The translations under genes were made by a program, and so were the position numbers. 64,000 bases of DNA from Anaerolineae bacterium (GTDB lineage Bacteria; Chloroflexota; Anaerolineae; S140-20). Location: positions 44,974 to 108,973 of the forward strand of contig JALUTT010000099.1 of NCBI GenBank assembly GCA_027021705.1, written 5' to 3'. Shown here piece by piece: positions 1 to 9,778 of this stretch; position 1 is the stretch's first letter, and every line of letters begins with the position of its first letter. The notes beneath the pieces are model-generated. The model did not search any database, was not told the DNA's origin, and saw nothing but the letters and a program-made list of their open reading frames with translations.

Positions 1-128
1 ACGTCGGTGAGGAAGATGGCGTAGAAGATCTGACGCAGCGTGCCAAAGCTGGCCAGCCCCCAGTCGCCGGAGCCGTAGATCAGCTTGGTCCAGAAGGAGA
101 GCCGAGAGGAGGGCAGGCGGTCGGGCAT
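1..128 (-). CDS. MFS transporter, GPH/MelB-like (5' part; runs off window)
   Basis: Manual translation MPDRLPSSRLSFWTKLIYGSGDWGLASFGTLRQIFYAIFLTDV matches the 'K..YG.GD' N-terminus of GPH transporters; its ATG overlaps the TGA of the upstream gene. Confidence 0.75.
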   Translation of the reverse strand, partial: MPDRLPSSRLSFWTKLIYGSGDWGLASFGTLRQIFYAIFLTD

Positions 129-1591
129 CAGGTCCTCCTTTCAGGTCGGGTCAATCGGTCCAGGAAGTCCAGCACGACTTCGTGGATGTCTCCCCGGTTG
201 GGCAGGGTGCCCATCATCCCGTACATCGCCGCCGAGCGTCGGGGGAGCCCCCCATCCCTCCCGCCCAGCAGGGCGGAGAAACGGCGGGTCAGGCGGCTGA
301 GGAGGCCGGCAGGCAGCACCCGCGTGATGGCCTGGGCCAGCGCCAGCGTCACGGCGTGGCCGATGCGGTGCACGCTGGGCCGCCGGACGGCCTGAGCGGC
401 CTCGGCCAGGTCGGCCAGGAAGGCGTCGGCCACCTCGGCATGGGCCGGTGTCACCGTCAGGTGCAGGCTGGGGGGGAGGTGCTGCCGGTCCAGGTGCCAG
501 CCGCGCAGCGTCATCTCGTCGGCGACTTCGTAGACGTCCAGCCCCTCGGAGCCGATGGCCAGCAGGCTCATGTCGGGGTCACCCAGCACCTTCAGCCCTT
601 CGATGGCCTCGATCCCTGCCCGCAGCTTCTGGGTCGTCTTCATCACCCGGTCGGCCAGGGCCAGGTAGCCCTCCTCGCCCAGGTAGCGGATGACGGCCCA
701 GGCGGCGGCGATGGTGCCGGCCGGGCGGGTGCCGGCGATGGCGGGGGAGGCGTAGATGCCGCCGGGCCAGTCGGTGTAGACGAAGAACTGGTGCCGGCGC
801 AGCGCCCCATCCCGGTAGAGGATCAGCGAGGTCCCCTTGGCCGCGTAGCCGTACTTGTGCAGGTCGGCCGAGATGGAGGTCACGCCCGGCACACGGAAGT
901 CGAAGTCGGGCACGGGGTAGCCCAGCTTGCGGAGGAAGGGGAGCATGAAGCCGCCGACGCAGGCGTCCACGTGGCAGAGGATGCCGTGCTCCTGAGCGAT
1001 CTGGGCCAGCGCCGGGATGGGGTCCACGACGCCGTGGGGGTAGGCGGGGGCGGAGCCGACGATGAGGATGGTGTTGGGGGTGACGGCGGCCCGGACGGCC
1101 TCCACGTCGGCCCGGAAGTCGGGGCCGACAGGGGTGTGGACCGGCTTGACGCCAAAGTAGTGGGCTGCCTTCTCGAAGGCGGGATGGGCGGTGAGGGGCA
1201 GGACCATCTCCGGCGTGCCGACGGCGGGCCGGGTCGCCCGCGCCCAATCACGGGCCGTCTTCACCGCCATCAGGACGCTCTCGGTGCCCCCTGAGGTGAT
1301 CGTGCCCACCGTCTCCTCGTCGCCCCCTAGCAGGTCGGCGGCCATCGCCACGACCTCCGCCTCGAGCTGCCGGATGCTGGGGAAGGCGGTGGGGTTCAGC
1401 GCGTTCTCCGAGAAGAAGAGGGTGTAGGCCTCCCGCAGGAGTTCGGTCACGTCGTCGCCGGCGTGGTAGACGAGGCTCCAGACCTTCCCCTCCTGCCAGC
1501 GCACATCCTGCCGGCGGAGCTCCCGCATTCGGGCCAGGACCTGCTCTCTGGACATCCCCTGGGCGGGGAAGGGGATTCCACCGCTGCCCAT
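128..1591 (-). CDS. PLP-dependent lyase/decarboxylase, sphingosine-1-phosphate lyase-like
   Basis: TSGGTES, HVDAC.GGF, SADLHKYGYAAKG (PLP Lys), WPGG.YASP and C-terminal AAMYGM; start moved to MGSGG after a GAGGTG RBS. Confidence 0.85.
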   Translation of the reverse strand: MGSGGIPFPAQGMSREQVLARMRELRRQDVRWQEGKVWSLVYHAGDDVTELLREAYTLFFSENALNPTAFPSIRQLEAEVVAMAADLLGGDEETVGTITSGGTESVLMAVKTARDWARATRPAVGTPEMVLPLTAHPAFEKAAHYFGVKPVHTPVGPDFRADVEAVRAAVTPNTILIVGSAPAYPHGVVDPIPALAQIAQEHGILCHVDACVGGFMLPFLRKLGYPVPDFDFRVPGVTSISADLHKYGYAAKGTSLILYRDGALRRHQFFVYTDWPGGIYASPAIAGTRPAGTIAAAWAVIRYLGEEGYLALADRVMKTTQKLRAGIEAIEGLKVLGDPDMSLLAIGSEGLDVYEVADEMTLRGWHLDRQHLPPSLHLTVTPAHAEVADAFLADLAEAAQAVRRPSVHRIGHAVTLALAQAITRVLPAGLLSRLTRRFSALLGGRDGGLPRRSAAMYGMMGTLPNRGDIHEVVLDFLDRLTRPERRT

Positions 1592-1687
1592 AGGCACCTC
1601 CTTACACGCTGTGGCTTCTGGTAGAGGGGAGGCCCCATTATAGCCCAAAGCGGACCGTTGCGCAACAGAGAACTCTCTGATGATCAT

Positions 1688-1806
1688 CCACAAGGGAGCG
1701 AGAGAGTGGTCCGTAGCGGGCTGTCCACGAATTTCTCGCGAATGCACGAATGAGGCGGTCCTCAATTCGTGTATTCGTGCCCCATTCGTGGACGGCTAAC
1801 CTCCCT
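1688..1806. repeat. Dispersed hairpin element A (GTCCACGAAT...ATTCGTGGAC)
   Basis: Inverted arms at 1723-1732 and 1784-1793; near-identical sequence recurs at 38020-38260 and, left part only, at 54671-54709. Confidence 0.85.
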
Positions 1807-1902
1807 AAACGGAGCCGGGTGGCGAGGGTTTTTCCTCGCCACCCGGCCTTTCCCATCCTCAACGCTGGGCGGTGGACGGTGGGCTCAGGACCGCCTGCTG
1901 TC

Positions 1903-4900
1903 CTACCCGCCCTTCAGCACCACCGGCAGGTAGAGGTGAAGCTCCTGGGTGCTGAAGGACCAGACGTAGTTGCTCGACAGGGGGTTGCCCGAGGTGTCCC
2001 GGATCCCCGTCGTCAGGGTCGCCGTGTACCGCGTCCCCCATCGGAGCGGCTGGGCAGGGAGGAAGCGAGCCGAATAGTTGAGGCCGTTGTAGGTCACCTG
2101 CCCGGAGACCCGGTTCCCCTTGGCATCGGTCAGGAAGAAGGTGTCATTGGTCAGCGTAGTGGCGCTGATCGGCTCGGAGAACCTGACCCAGATGTATGGC
2201 CGATAGATGCCGGGGGCGGTCTGGACGGTGAAGACAGGCACGTCCTTCGTCCCGCTCGCCGGCGATGTGCTCTGCACCGTCGGTGGCGTGGTCTCGCTAC
2301 CGGGGCGCACCAGGATGCTCACCTCGGCGGGGGCACTCTCGGTCACCCCGTTGCTCACCCGGAAGGTGAAGCGGTCCATCCCCTCGAAGTTGGCCATCGG
2401 CGTGTAGGTGATCACCGGCGGCGTCCCCACCAGCGTCCCGTAGGACGGGGTGGTGACGAGGGTGTAGGTCAGGTAGCTCAGGGTGCCAACGCCCACCGTC
2501 GCCCCGGTGAGGGTGATCACCTTCGACACCCCCTCCACCGTCTCCACTTCCTGCGGATAGGCCACCACCGTCCCCACGAGGGTCACCACCGGGTTGGTCG
2601 GGGTCTCTTCGGGAACGCTGGGGAAGTAGACGGTGGCGCTGTTGACGATCTTCGTGCCGCTGACGACGGTGGAAGGCACCTGGACGCTGAAGTGAAGGGT
2701 TCCGCCCGCCCGCGACGCCACCTCGCCCACCTGCCAGATGATGGTGCGGGTGCTGGCGACGTAGACCCCATCGTCCTGGAGGTTCAGGGTGCTCTCATCC
2801 AGGACGGCGGGGAGCTTGTCGGTGACGTAGACGCCGTAGGCGGTGCCGGCGCCCTCGTTCTCGTACTCGACGGTGTAGGTGATCACCTGACCGGGCAGGG
2901 CACAAGCCGGGCCGTATTTGGCGTTGGGGTCGTGGGCACCGGTGACCTCCGAGGGCAGCTCATCGGTAGGGCCACAGGCCCCGTTGACGCAGCTCTCCCC
3001 CTCCGGACACTCGGAGTAGGAGGGTGGGCCCAGTGCTCCGGTGACGGGATCGCACTCCCGCTCCTCGACCCAGCTCCCGCTCCCGCCGGTGGTGACAACC
3101 GAGGGCCACATCTCCAAGGACTGAGAAGCTGCACCGCTATCGGGTGCCGGCCCACAGGAGGCGATCGGTTTGCACGGCTGGGGCTTCTGGCACTTGTCTA
3201 GGCAGTCGGCGATGTCCAGGGCAATCCCCAGGAGGGGGACCTTGCGGGCCAGGACGCCGACCCCACAGCCCAAGCATCCCCGCGCATCGCCCTGCCCACA
3301 TCGGAAGCAGTCCGCCGCCATAAAGGCCACATCTACGATGGGGAAGAGCTTCCCGAGGATCCACCACGGGATCTGGCCGCCGATGCAACCAAGCAGGCAG
3401 CTCGACGAAGAGCCCGAGCCGGTCTCGCTGCCCGCCTCCAGGTCCATCGCGATGCTCCCATCGCTGGTCAGGATCCCAAACTGGCTGCCCGCATACGTCT
3501 CGACGAAGACGGAGCCGGCATAGACGTTGATGATCCAGATTTCGTGCTCATCGGGCTTCAGCAGCGCCAGTTGGGTGGTCTCTGTGACCTGCCCTCCGAC
3601 GTCAACGGTGAGCTTGTAGCCGGCCTTGTCAAAGCGGAAGCCCTTGCTCTGACCAAGCTGGACGAACTGGAGGACCTCCGGGTTGTTGTTCAGGAGGTCG
3701 TCCACCTCGGCTTCGGTCATCTCCCGTCCGGTGATCACGACGGCGGGCTGGAACGCCAGGTACTCGTCCAGGTCAATCCGGGGGTTGGGGTAGTTGCGGG
3801 CGGCTGCCGTCACTCGGAAGCTCTGGAGCATTCCGTTGCGCAGGCCCCACAGGTACTGGACCCGGACGCTGAGCACGCCGCTCTGCCCCGGTCCAACGTC
3901 CCCCAGCTTCCACACCACCTGGTTCCGTTCGAGCCAGTAGAGCCCACCGCCGGTGCTGGAGAGGTAAACGGCGTACTCGGGCAGCTGGGCCACGATTACC
4001 ACATCCTGCAGGGTGCCGGTGAGGGGATTCTGGTAGGCGACGGCGTAGTCCACTGTCTGGCCTGGACTCACATTCTGCGGCCCGCTGGGCCGCAGCACCA
4101 GCGTCGCACTCACCGCCCCCACCTGCTCCAGTTGAAGCTGATAGGTTCCCGTCCCGTCGCCATCCCGGTCGCCAACGAAGATGGCGTAGTCACCGGCAAC
4201 GGGCAAGGTCATAGACACCACCGGCTTCTGGTCGGCCGTCCCCTGATACATCACGAACCCTTCGGGTCCCACCAACCATGTCTTCGGGACCAGCGACCCG
4301 GAGATGGAAAAGGTGGAGACCCGGATCACGTCGCCGGCCTGGGCGGTGAAGGTGTACGGATCCGTCTCGAGAAACGAGCCAATGGTGCGGGTGACCGTCT
4401 CACCGTAGGTGAGGCGATCGGCGCCTGTCGGCCCGTTGGTGCGCTGAAGGTAGAGGCCGTAGACCCTTCCCTCATAGAGCCTTGCCCAATCCCCCGCCAA
4501 GAGCGTGTAAGTCCCGGTGGTGGGAAGGGACTGGAACAGTTCGGAGAGCATGTTCTCCCGCCCTTCGGCGAGGAGACTCCCATCTGGACCGTAGAGTCGG
4601 AGCAGAGGGTAGAGGGTGCCGCTGACGACGGCCATACGGGAGAAGACCACATCGCCGGCGGTGGCCGTGAAGGTGTAAGTGCCCATCTCCGTCGCCAGCG
4701 TGAGCTCCCGGGTCACCACCGAGCCCAGGGCGATGGGCGTCGCGCTGCCGGGATCGTTCACCCGCTGGACGAAGAGGCTGAAATCGCCACCTACAAAGTC
4801 GGCGTCCTCCACCGTCATCGTGTAGATGCCCGTGGACGTCACCGGCTGGGTGACCTCCAGCTCTCCTTGGCTGCCGACAGCGGTGTGGACCCGCGCGCCA

Positions 4901-5439
4901 TCGGGGGCATACAGGCTGATCTGGGGATTCACGAAACTGTCCTGTTCACTGGCCCAGATCAGGATGACATCCCCGTTGTTGGCTGCGAAGGTGTAGGTGA
5001 CCACGTTCTCAGGAACGGGAATGGTCCCCGTCACCGTCTGTCCAAAGGTGAAGGGGATAGCGGCCGCGCTGGCGGTCTCCACCCCCAGGGTAGGCGGGGC
5101 GACCAGGGGACCGGCAACACCAGAGGACGGAGTACCATCGGCAGCCTGGGGATCCCGTGGCTCAAGCACAGCAGGGACGGTCGGAAGAAGCCTCGCCCCT
5201 CCTCGCGACTCCCCCCCTGGGGGGGCGGAGGCCCCGGGAAGCCGCCTCATGCCAAAGGCGCTGTCGGGAATGGGAAGCGCTTCTCCCATCTCCTCCGCCG
5301 CCGGTCCTATCGGAACGGGTTGGCTGCTCGCACGGCCGGCGGGCAGAGGTCCAACGAAGCCGTGGAGAACCATTGGGGGTAGCAGGACGACGTACAGCAG
5401 CAGGCCGACCACACGCTTGGGGGATCCTCTGTAAGCCAT
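1903..5439 (-). CDS. Large secreted surface protein: PPC-like repeats, DUF11-like domains, Cys-rich segment, Ig-like and SbsA/Big_5-like domain
   Basis: N-terminal hydrophobic signal, three 'YTF.A.AGD..L..PDG' repeats, 'PGQ.I.YTV.YEN.G' DUF11-like starts, 'VRFSEPI...' Big_5-like end, tail LYLPVVLKGG. Confidence 0.75.
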   Translation of the reverse strand: MAYRGSPKRVVGLLLYVVLLPPMVLHGFVGPLPAGRASSQPVPIGPAAEEMGEALPIPDSAFGMRRLPGASAPPGGESRGGARLLPTVPAVLEPRDPQAADGTPSSGVAGPLVAPPTLGVETASAAAIPFTFGQTVTGTIPVPENVVTYTFAANNGDVILIWASEQDSFVNPQISLYAPDGARVHTAVGSQGELEVTQPVTSTGIYTMTVEDADFVGGDFSLFVQRVNDPGSATPIALGSVVTRELTLATEMGTYTFTATAGDVVFSRMAVVSGTLYPLLRLYGPDGSLLAEGRENMLSELFQSLPTTGTYTLLAGDWARLYEGRVYGLYLQRTNGPTGADRLTYGETVTRTIGSFLETDPYTFTAQAGDVIRVSTFSISGSLVPKTWLVGPEGFVMYQGTADQKPVVSMTLPVAGDYAIFVGDRDGDGTGTYQLQLEQVGAVSATLVLRPSGPQNVSPGQTVDYAVAYQNPLTGTLQDVVIVAQLPEYAVYLSSTGGGLYWLERNQVVWKLGDVGPGQSGVLSVRVQYLWGLRNGMLQSFRVTAAARNYPNPRIDLDEYLAFQPAVVITGREMTEAEVDDLLNNNPEVLQFVQLGQSKGFRFDKAGYKLTVDVGGQVTETTQLALLKPDEHEIWIINVYAGSVFVETYAGSQFGILTSDGSIAMDLEAGSETGSGSSSSCLLGCIGGQIPWWILGKLFPIVDVAFMAADCFRCGQGDARGCLGCGVGVLARKVPLLGIALDIADCLDKCQKPQPCKPIASCGPAPDSGAASQSLEMWPSVVTTGGSGSWVEERECDPVTGALGPPSYSECPEGESCVNGACGPTDELPSEVTGAHDPNAKYGPACALPGQVITYTVEYENEGAGTAYGVYVTDKLPAVLDESTLNLQDDGVYVASTRTIIWQVGEVASRAGGTLHFSVQVPSTVVSGTKIVNSATVYFPSVPEETPTNPVVTLVGTVVAYPQEVETVEGVSKVITLTGATVGVGTLSYLTYTLVTTPSYGTLVGTPPVITYTPMANFEGMDRFTFRVSNGVTESAPAEVSILVRPGSETTPPTVQSTSPASGTKDVPVFTVQTAPGIYRPYIWVRFSEPISATTLTNDTFFLTDAKGNRVSGQVTYNGLNYSARFLPAQPLRWGTRYTATLTTGIRDTSGNPLSSNYVWSFSTQELHLYLPVVLKGG

Positions 5440-5771
5440 CTTTCCCTCCTTTCTACAATGTTTGCCCCCCAACCTCCTAAACCGGCCAGGCCAACCGCCT
5501 CTCAGCTTTGGCGGAACCAACCTCCACAGCAGCGTGTCCGGTCGGTCGAGACCATTTTATCACACCTCCCGGTGATCTCCAAGACCCCCGCCCCGGTCAT
5601 AGGGCCTATCAATGCCCAAGCAAGACCCAACCGCAACACGGGTCGGGTTGGGTCCAGGCTTGCGCCGGGATCCCCATCCCCCCGTAGCTCGGGAATTCCC
5701 AGGCCGGGGCAAAGAGGCGAGAGGCGGAGGGTATGGCCCTCCGCCTCGGTTCTTCCGAAGTCTCTTCCCGT

Positions 5772-8687
5772 TCATTTGAGCACCAGCGGCAGGTAGACGC
5801 GCCCCTGCGGAGCGATGGCCTTCGTGACGTCGGTGACGGTGGCAGCCACGCTCCCGTCCGCCTGCGAGGTAGCGGTGACAACGGTCGTATCCACCGTGCC
5901 GCTGACGACGTTGGCCGGCACCACGACGGTGACCTGCACCGTCGCCGAGGCCCCCATCCCCAAGGAAACGGGGTTGGGACCACAGCTCACCCCCCACCCC
6001 TTGCCGCTGGTGCAGGCGATGGTGAAGGTGTCCGGGCCGTTGCCCGTGTTGGTCAGCGTGTGGGCGTAGACGAGGCTCCCTCCGGCGTAGACCTGACCGC
6101 TGCGGTTGGGGGTCATCGCCACGCCGGGCACGTGGCCGGCCGTGGTGGTGTCGGTGACGGTGACCCGGACGGCGTTGTCCGCCTGGGAGGTGACGGTGAC
6201 GGCGGTGCTCTCCACCGTGCCGCTGATGGCGTTGGCCGGCACGGTGACGATGACCTTCACCGTGGCCGTCGCGCCGGGGCCGAGGGTGATGGGCGTGTTA
6301 GGCTGCACCGAGGCCCACCCCCGGCTGCTGGAAGAAGCGATGGAGAAGGTATCGGTGTAGGAGCCGGTGTTGGTCACGATGTGGGTGTAGGTGACGGTTT
6401 GGCCGGGCTTGGGGGAAGCATTCTGACCGCCGGTCAGCGCCACGCCTACCAGCCTCCCGAAGGCGTACTTGAGGTCGCGGTTGGTCAGGTCGTAGTAGGA
6501 TATGTAGATGTTGCCGGCGTCGTCGAGGGTGATGGAGGTGTACAGGCCCACGTCACCGGTGCTGTCCACCGTCTGAGTGATCCACCGGCCGCCGTCCCAG
6601 TAAGCGTACTTCAGGTCACCGTTGGTGGCATCGTAGTAACTGATATGGGGACGGTTGCTGCCGTCCAAGGCCATCGAGGCGTGTCCACCCACATCCCCGC
6701 CGCTGTCCACCGTCTGGGTGACCCACTGGCTGCTGTTCCACCGAGCATACCGGAGGTCCTTGTTACGGTAGTCATAGTAGGCGATGTGCGGGCGGTCGTT
6801 ACCGTCCAGGGCCAGCGCGGTGGACTCCCTCCCTAGAAACCCACGTCCGGCGTTGTCTACCGTCTGGGTGATCCACTGGCTGCCGTCCCACCGGGCGTAC
6901 CGAAGCTCGTCCTTGGCGTCGTTTAACGAATCGTCGTAGTAGTAGCTGATGTGGGGCCGGCGGTTGCCGTCCAGGGCCAGGGAGGTATGGTAGCCCACAT
7001 TCCCGCCGCTGTCCACCGTCTGGCTGATCCACTGGCTGCCGTTCCAGTAGACGTACCTCAGGTCGTTGCCGGTATCGTCGAAGTAACTGATGTGAGGCGT
7101 GTACGGCGACGTCGGCTCCAGGGCCAGGGAGTTGTGCCAGCCGTGCTGCCAACCGCCGGCGACAGTCTGGGTGACCCATTGGGTGCCATCCCAGCGGGCA
7201 AACCCCAGACTGGCCCGGTAGCTGATGCGGGGGTAGCCGTCCCCGCCAAAGGCCAGCGACGTGTCGCCCCAGGCTCCCGTAACAGTCTGGCTAATCCAAG
7301 CCGTGCCACTCAGCGAGGCATATTTCAAGTTGAAGAGGGTGCGGTCCATATAACTGATGTGGGGAGTCCCCTGAGTGTCCAAGGCGATGGACGTGTCCCG
7401 CCCTACGTCGGCGCCCCGGTCTACCACCTGGGTCACCCACTTCTTTTGACTGCTGTCCCAGTAGGCATATTTGAGTGCTCCCGCGCCGTCGTAGTAGCTG
7501 ACGTGCATGGTGTAGGTACCCGAAGGGGCGATGGCGAAGGAGGTGTAGAGGCCGTCGTCGTCCACTTTTTCGTTGACCCATCCCAGCCCGCTTTCGTAGA
7601 ACGCATGCGTCATCCAAAGGCCGTTGAAGCTTATGTGGGGGTTGTCCGCGGCATCCAAGGCGATGGAAGTCCAGGTTTTAAACTCAACGGTTGCGGCTAC
7701 GGTATCCGTGATCCAGTCGCCTGCATTACTGTCATAATAGGCATATCTCACATCATAATCAAAATCCCCCTCGTAGCGATAGCTGATGTGAGGCTTGTCG
7801 TTGCTGTCCAGGGCCAGGGAACAGTAGGCCCCTGCCGCGTTCGGGAAGGGTTGCTCGACTATCTCCGGATTCCAACTTAACACTTTGTAGGTGTAGTAGA
7901 GCGCGCCGTTCCACGAATCATAGTAGCAGATGTGGGGATCCCCGTCGCTATCTATGGCAATGGAAGAGTACATCCCCACGTCGTTGTCGCTGTGGGCGGT
8001 TTCGGTGTGCCACTGGCTGCCGTCCCAGTAGGCGTACTTCAGGTTCTTGTTGGTCACATCGTAGTAGCTGATGTGAGGGCGGCCTTGCTGATCCAGAGCG
8101 ATGGAGGTGTACTGGCCCACGTCCCCATTGTCGTCCACCGTCTGGACGGTCCACTGGCCGCCGGCGTCCCGGCGGGCGTACTTGAGGTCGCCGTTGACGG
8201 CGTCGTAGTAGCTGATGTGGACGGTGATGGCCGTGGTGCCGGTGACGGCGATGGCGGCGTGGGAGCCGACGCCGGGGCTGGTGTCCACCGTCTCCCGGTG
8301 CCAGGTAGAGCCGTCGTAGTAGGCATAGTAGAGGCGGTCGCCGCCGTAGGCGATGTGGGGGCGGGCGTTGCCGTCCAGCGCCAGGCTGCGGTCGGTCATA
8401 TCGGCGAAGTACTTGGGCGCGTCCACCGCCCGCACCGTCCAGACCCGTTTGGAAGCGCTCACCACGGAAGAGGAGGAGGCCGCGGCCCTGGAAGGACCGG
8501 TCGCGTTGCCCGGGGAGACGGCACGCAGGCGGGCATTCCCCTCGAGTTGAGGTGAAGCGGGCAGGCGCTCATGGGCCAGCGCCCGGCTGCTTCCCCACAC
8601 CAATGCCAGCGCCCCCACCGTGATCGCCGTGAGCAGTAGCGCCAGGACACAGGCAAACAAAAGCCGTTTCCACCTCGTTGTGTTCAT
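5772..8687 (-). CDS. Secreted beta-propeller repeat protein with two C-terminal Ig-like (NEW3/CARDB-like) domains
   Basis: Many 'SLALD..G.PHISYYD....DLKYA.WDG..W.TQTVD' repeats; two 'TNTG...DTF' Ig domains; tail VYLPLVLK. Confidence 0.8.
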   Translation of the reverse strand: MNTTRWKRLLFACVLALLLTAITVGALALVWGSSRALAHERLPASPQLEGNARLRAVSPGNATGPSRAAASSSSVVSASKRVWTVRAVDAPKYFADMTDRSLALDGNARPHIAYGGDRLYYAYYDGSTWHRETVDTSPGVGSHAAIAVTGTTAITVHISYYDAVNGDLKYARRDAGGQWTVQTVDDNGDVGQYTSIALDQQGRPHISYYDVTNKNLKYAYWDGSQWHTETAHSDNDVGMYSSIAIDSDGDPHICYYDSWNGALYYTYKVLSWNPEIVEQPFPNAAGAYCSLALDSNDKPHISYRYEGDFDYDVRYAYYDSNAGDWITDTVAATVEFKTWTSIALDAADNPHISFNGLWMTHAFYESGLGWVNEKVDDDGLYTSFAIAPSGTYTMHVSYYDGAGALKYAYWDSSQKKWVTQVVDRGADVGRDTSIALDTQGTPHISYMDRTLFNLKYASLSGTAWISQTVTGAWGDTSLAFGGDGYPRISYRASLGFARWDGTQWVTQTVAGGWQHGWHNSLALEPTSPYTPHISYFDDTGNDLRYVYWNGSQWISQTVDSGGNVGYHTSLALDGNRRPHISYYYDDSLNDAKDELRYARWDGSQWITQTVDNAGRGFLGRESTALALDGNDRPHIAYYDYRNKDLRYARWNSSQWVTQTVDSGGDVGGHASMALDGSNRPHISYYDATNGDLKYAYWDGGRWITQTVDSTGDVGLYTSITLDDAGNIYISYYDLTNRDLKYAFGRLVGVALTGGQNASPKPGQTVTYTHIVTNTGSYTDTFSIASSSSRGWASVQPNTPITLGPGATATVKVIVTVPANAISGTVESTAVTVTSQADNAVRVTVTDTTTAGHVPGVAMTPNRSGQVYAGGSLVYAHTLTNTGNGPDTFTIACTSGKGWGVSCGPNPVSLGMGASATVQVTVVVPANVVSGTVDTTVVTATSQADGSVAATVTDVTKAIAPQGRVYLPLVLK

Positions 8688-8872
8688 TGCTGCTGACCTC
8701 CTTTGTGCTCAGAGAGGATGACCTTCCCGGCAATGATCACCACCTTCTATTGTCTCCGTGCCAACAAGTCCTCAAGGGAGAACAGGAACGGCTCCCCATC
8801 AAATCTGAAAAGTCTCATCGCCTATTCACCTCCTAACATTACAACCGTCACTCAAGCGAGCACGAACCGAAG

Positions 8873-9202
8873 TCAGCGCGGAACCGTTTTGGAAAAAGCG
8901 TGGATCACCACCACACCGGCGATGATTAGAACCATCCCAACAACAGCAGGTAGGTCCGGGACCTCCCGGTAGAGTACAGCGCCGGCGACGGCGATCAACA
9001 CGATCCCTAGCCCACTCCACACCGCATAGGCAACCCCCACAGGGATGTACTTGAGCACCAAGGTCAGGAAGTAGAAAGCCGTGCCGTATCCGACGACGAC
9101 CAGCAAGCTCGGTACCGGGCGGGTAAAGCGTTCCGAGGCCTTCAGCGCACTCGTTGCGGCCGTCTCGGCGATGATCGCGATGATCAGATAGAGATATGCC
9201 AT
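8873..9202 (-). CDS. SMR family (EmrE/QacE-like) efflux transporter
   Basis: 109 aa, 4 TM, conserved TM1 Glu (AIIAE), 'VAYAVWSGLG' motif. Confidence 0.9.
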   Translation of the reverse strand: MAYLYLIIAIIAETAATSALKASERFTRPVPSLLVVVGYGTAFYFLTLVLKYIPVGVAYAVWSGLGIVLIAVAGAVLYREVPDLPAVVGMVLIIAGVVVIHAFSKTVPR

Positions 9203-9648
9203 CCTAAAGCCCCTTCCTCCCCCGGCGGCTCGTCCGTACTCCCTCGCTCCCAAGTCCCCTGCACCCCCCATCCTCTTCCTTCGTCCAGCAGATCAATCCG
9301 CCACAGCACGACCCGGACGACGACGTAGAGGTCTTGGAGAGGCCGGCCAACCCCTCGCGCCAACGCCCACTCGGCCCAGTCGGGCCTAGGGAGAATCCGC
9401 GCACGGCCCCAACAGCGCAGCCAACGCAGCGGCTCTTCAACATCCGGCACCACGAGGGCCACCCGGGGGTCCTGCTCCAGGTAGTAGACCAGATCGCTCC
9501 AACGAGGCAGCAGGCAATCCACCTCCAACCCGTGGTTACGGTAGCGGACCAGCGCGGCCCGCCCGCCCTCCGGGCTCGCCACGCTGAGGACGCAGGTCCG
9601 GTGGGCGGCAAGATAGGCCACAACCTGGTCTCGCAACTCCTCCAGCAT
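9184..9648 (-). CDS. Pyridoxamine-5'-phosphate-oxidase-like FMN-binding split-barrel protein
   Basis: 'YL..HRTCVLS' start and 'DPRVALVV' motif. Confidence 0.6.
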   Translation of the reverse strand: MLEELRDQVVAYLAAHRTCVLSVASPEGGRAALVRYRNHGLEVDCLLPRWSDLVYYLEQDPRVALVVPDVEEPLRWLRCWGRARILPRPDWAEWALARGVGRPLQDLYVVVRVVLWRIDLLDEGRGWGVQGTWERGSTDEPPGEEGALGWHISI

Positions 9649-9723
9649 AGCGGCAGACTTTCCCCGAAGGCGAACGGTCGGATCAGAGCAACCAGACTAT
9701 ACGACATCCCAGGGGGGAGTGTC

Positions 9724-9741
9724 ATCCCCCAGTTGGGGGAT
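9724..9741. promoter_or_regulatory. Palindromic operator, probably for the adjacent LuxR/MalT regulator
   Basis: Perfect ATCCCCCA-GT-TGGGGGAT upstream of a minus-strand TATAGT (-10-like) at about 9696-9701. Confidence 0.5.
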
Positions 9742-9778
9742 TCGATGGAGAAGAGAAGGGGGATTTTTCACAGGGAGG

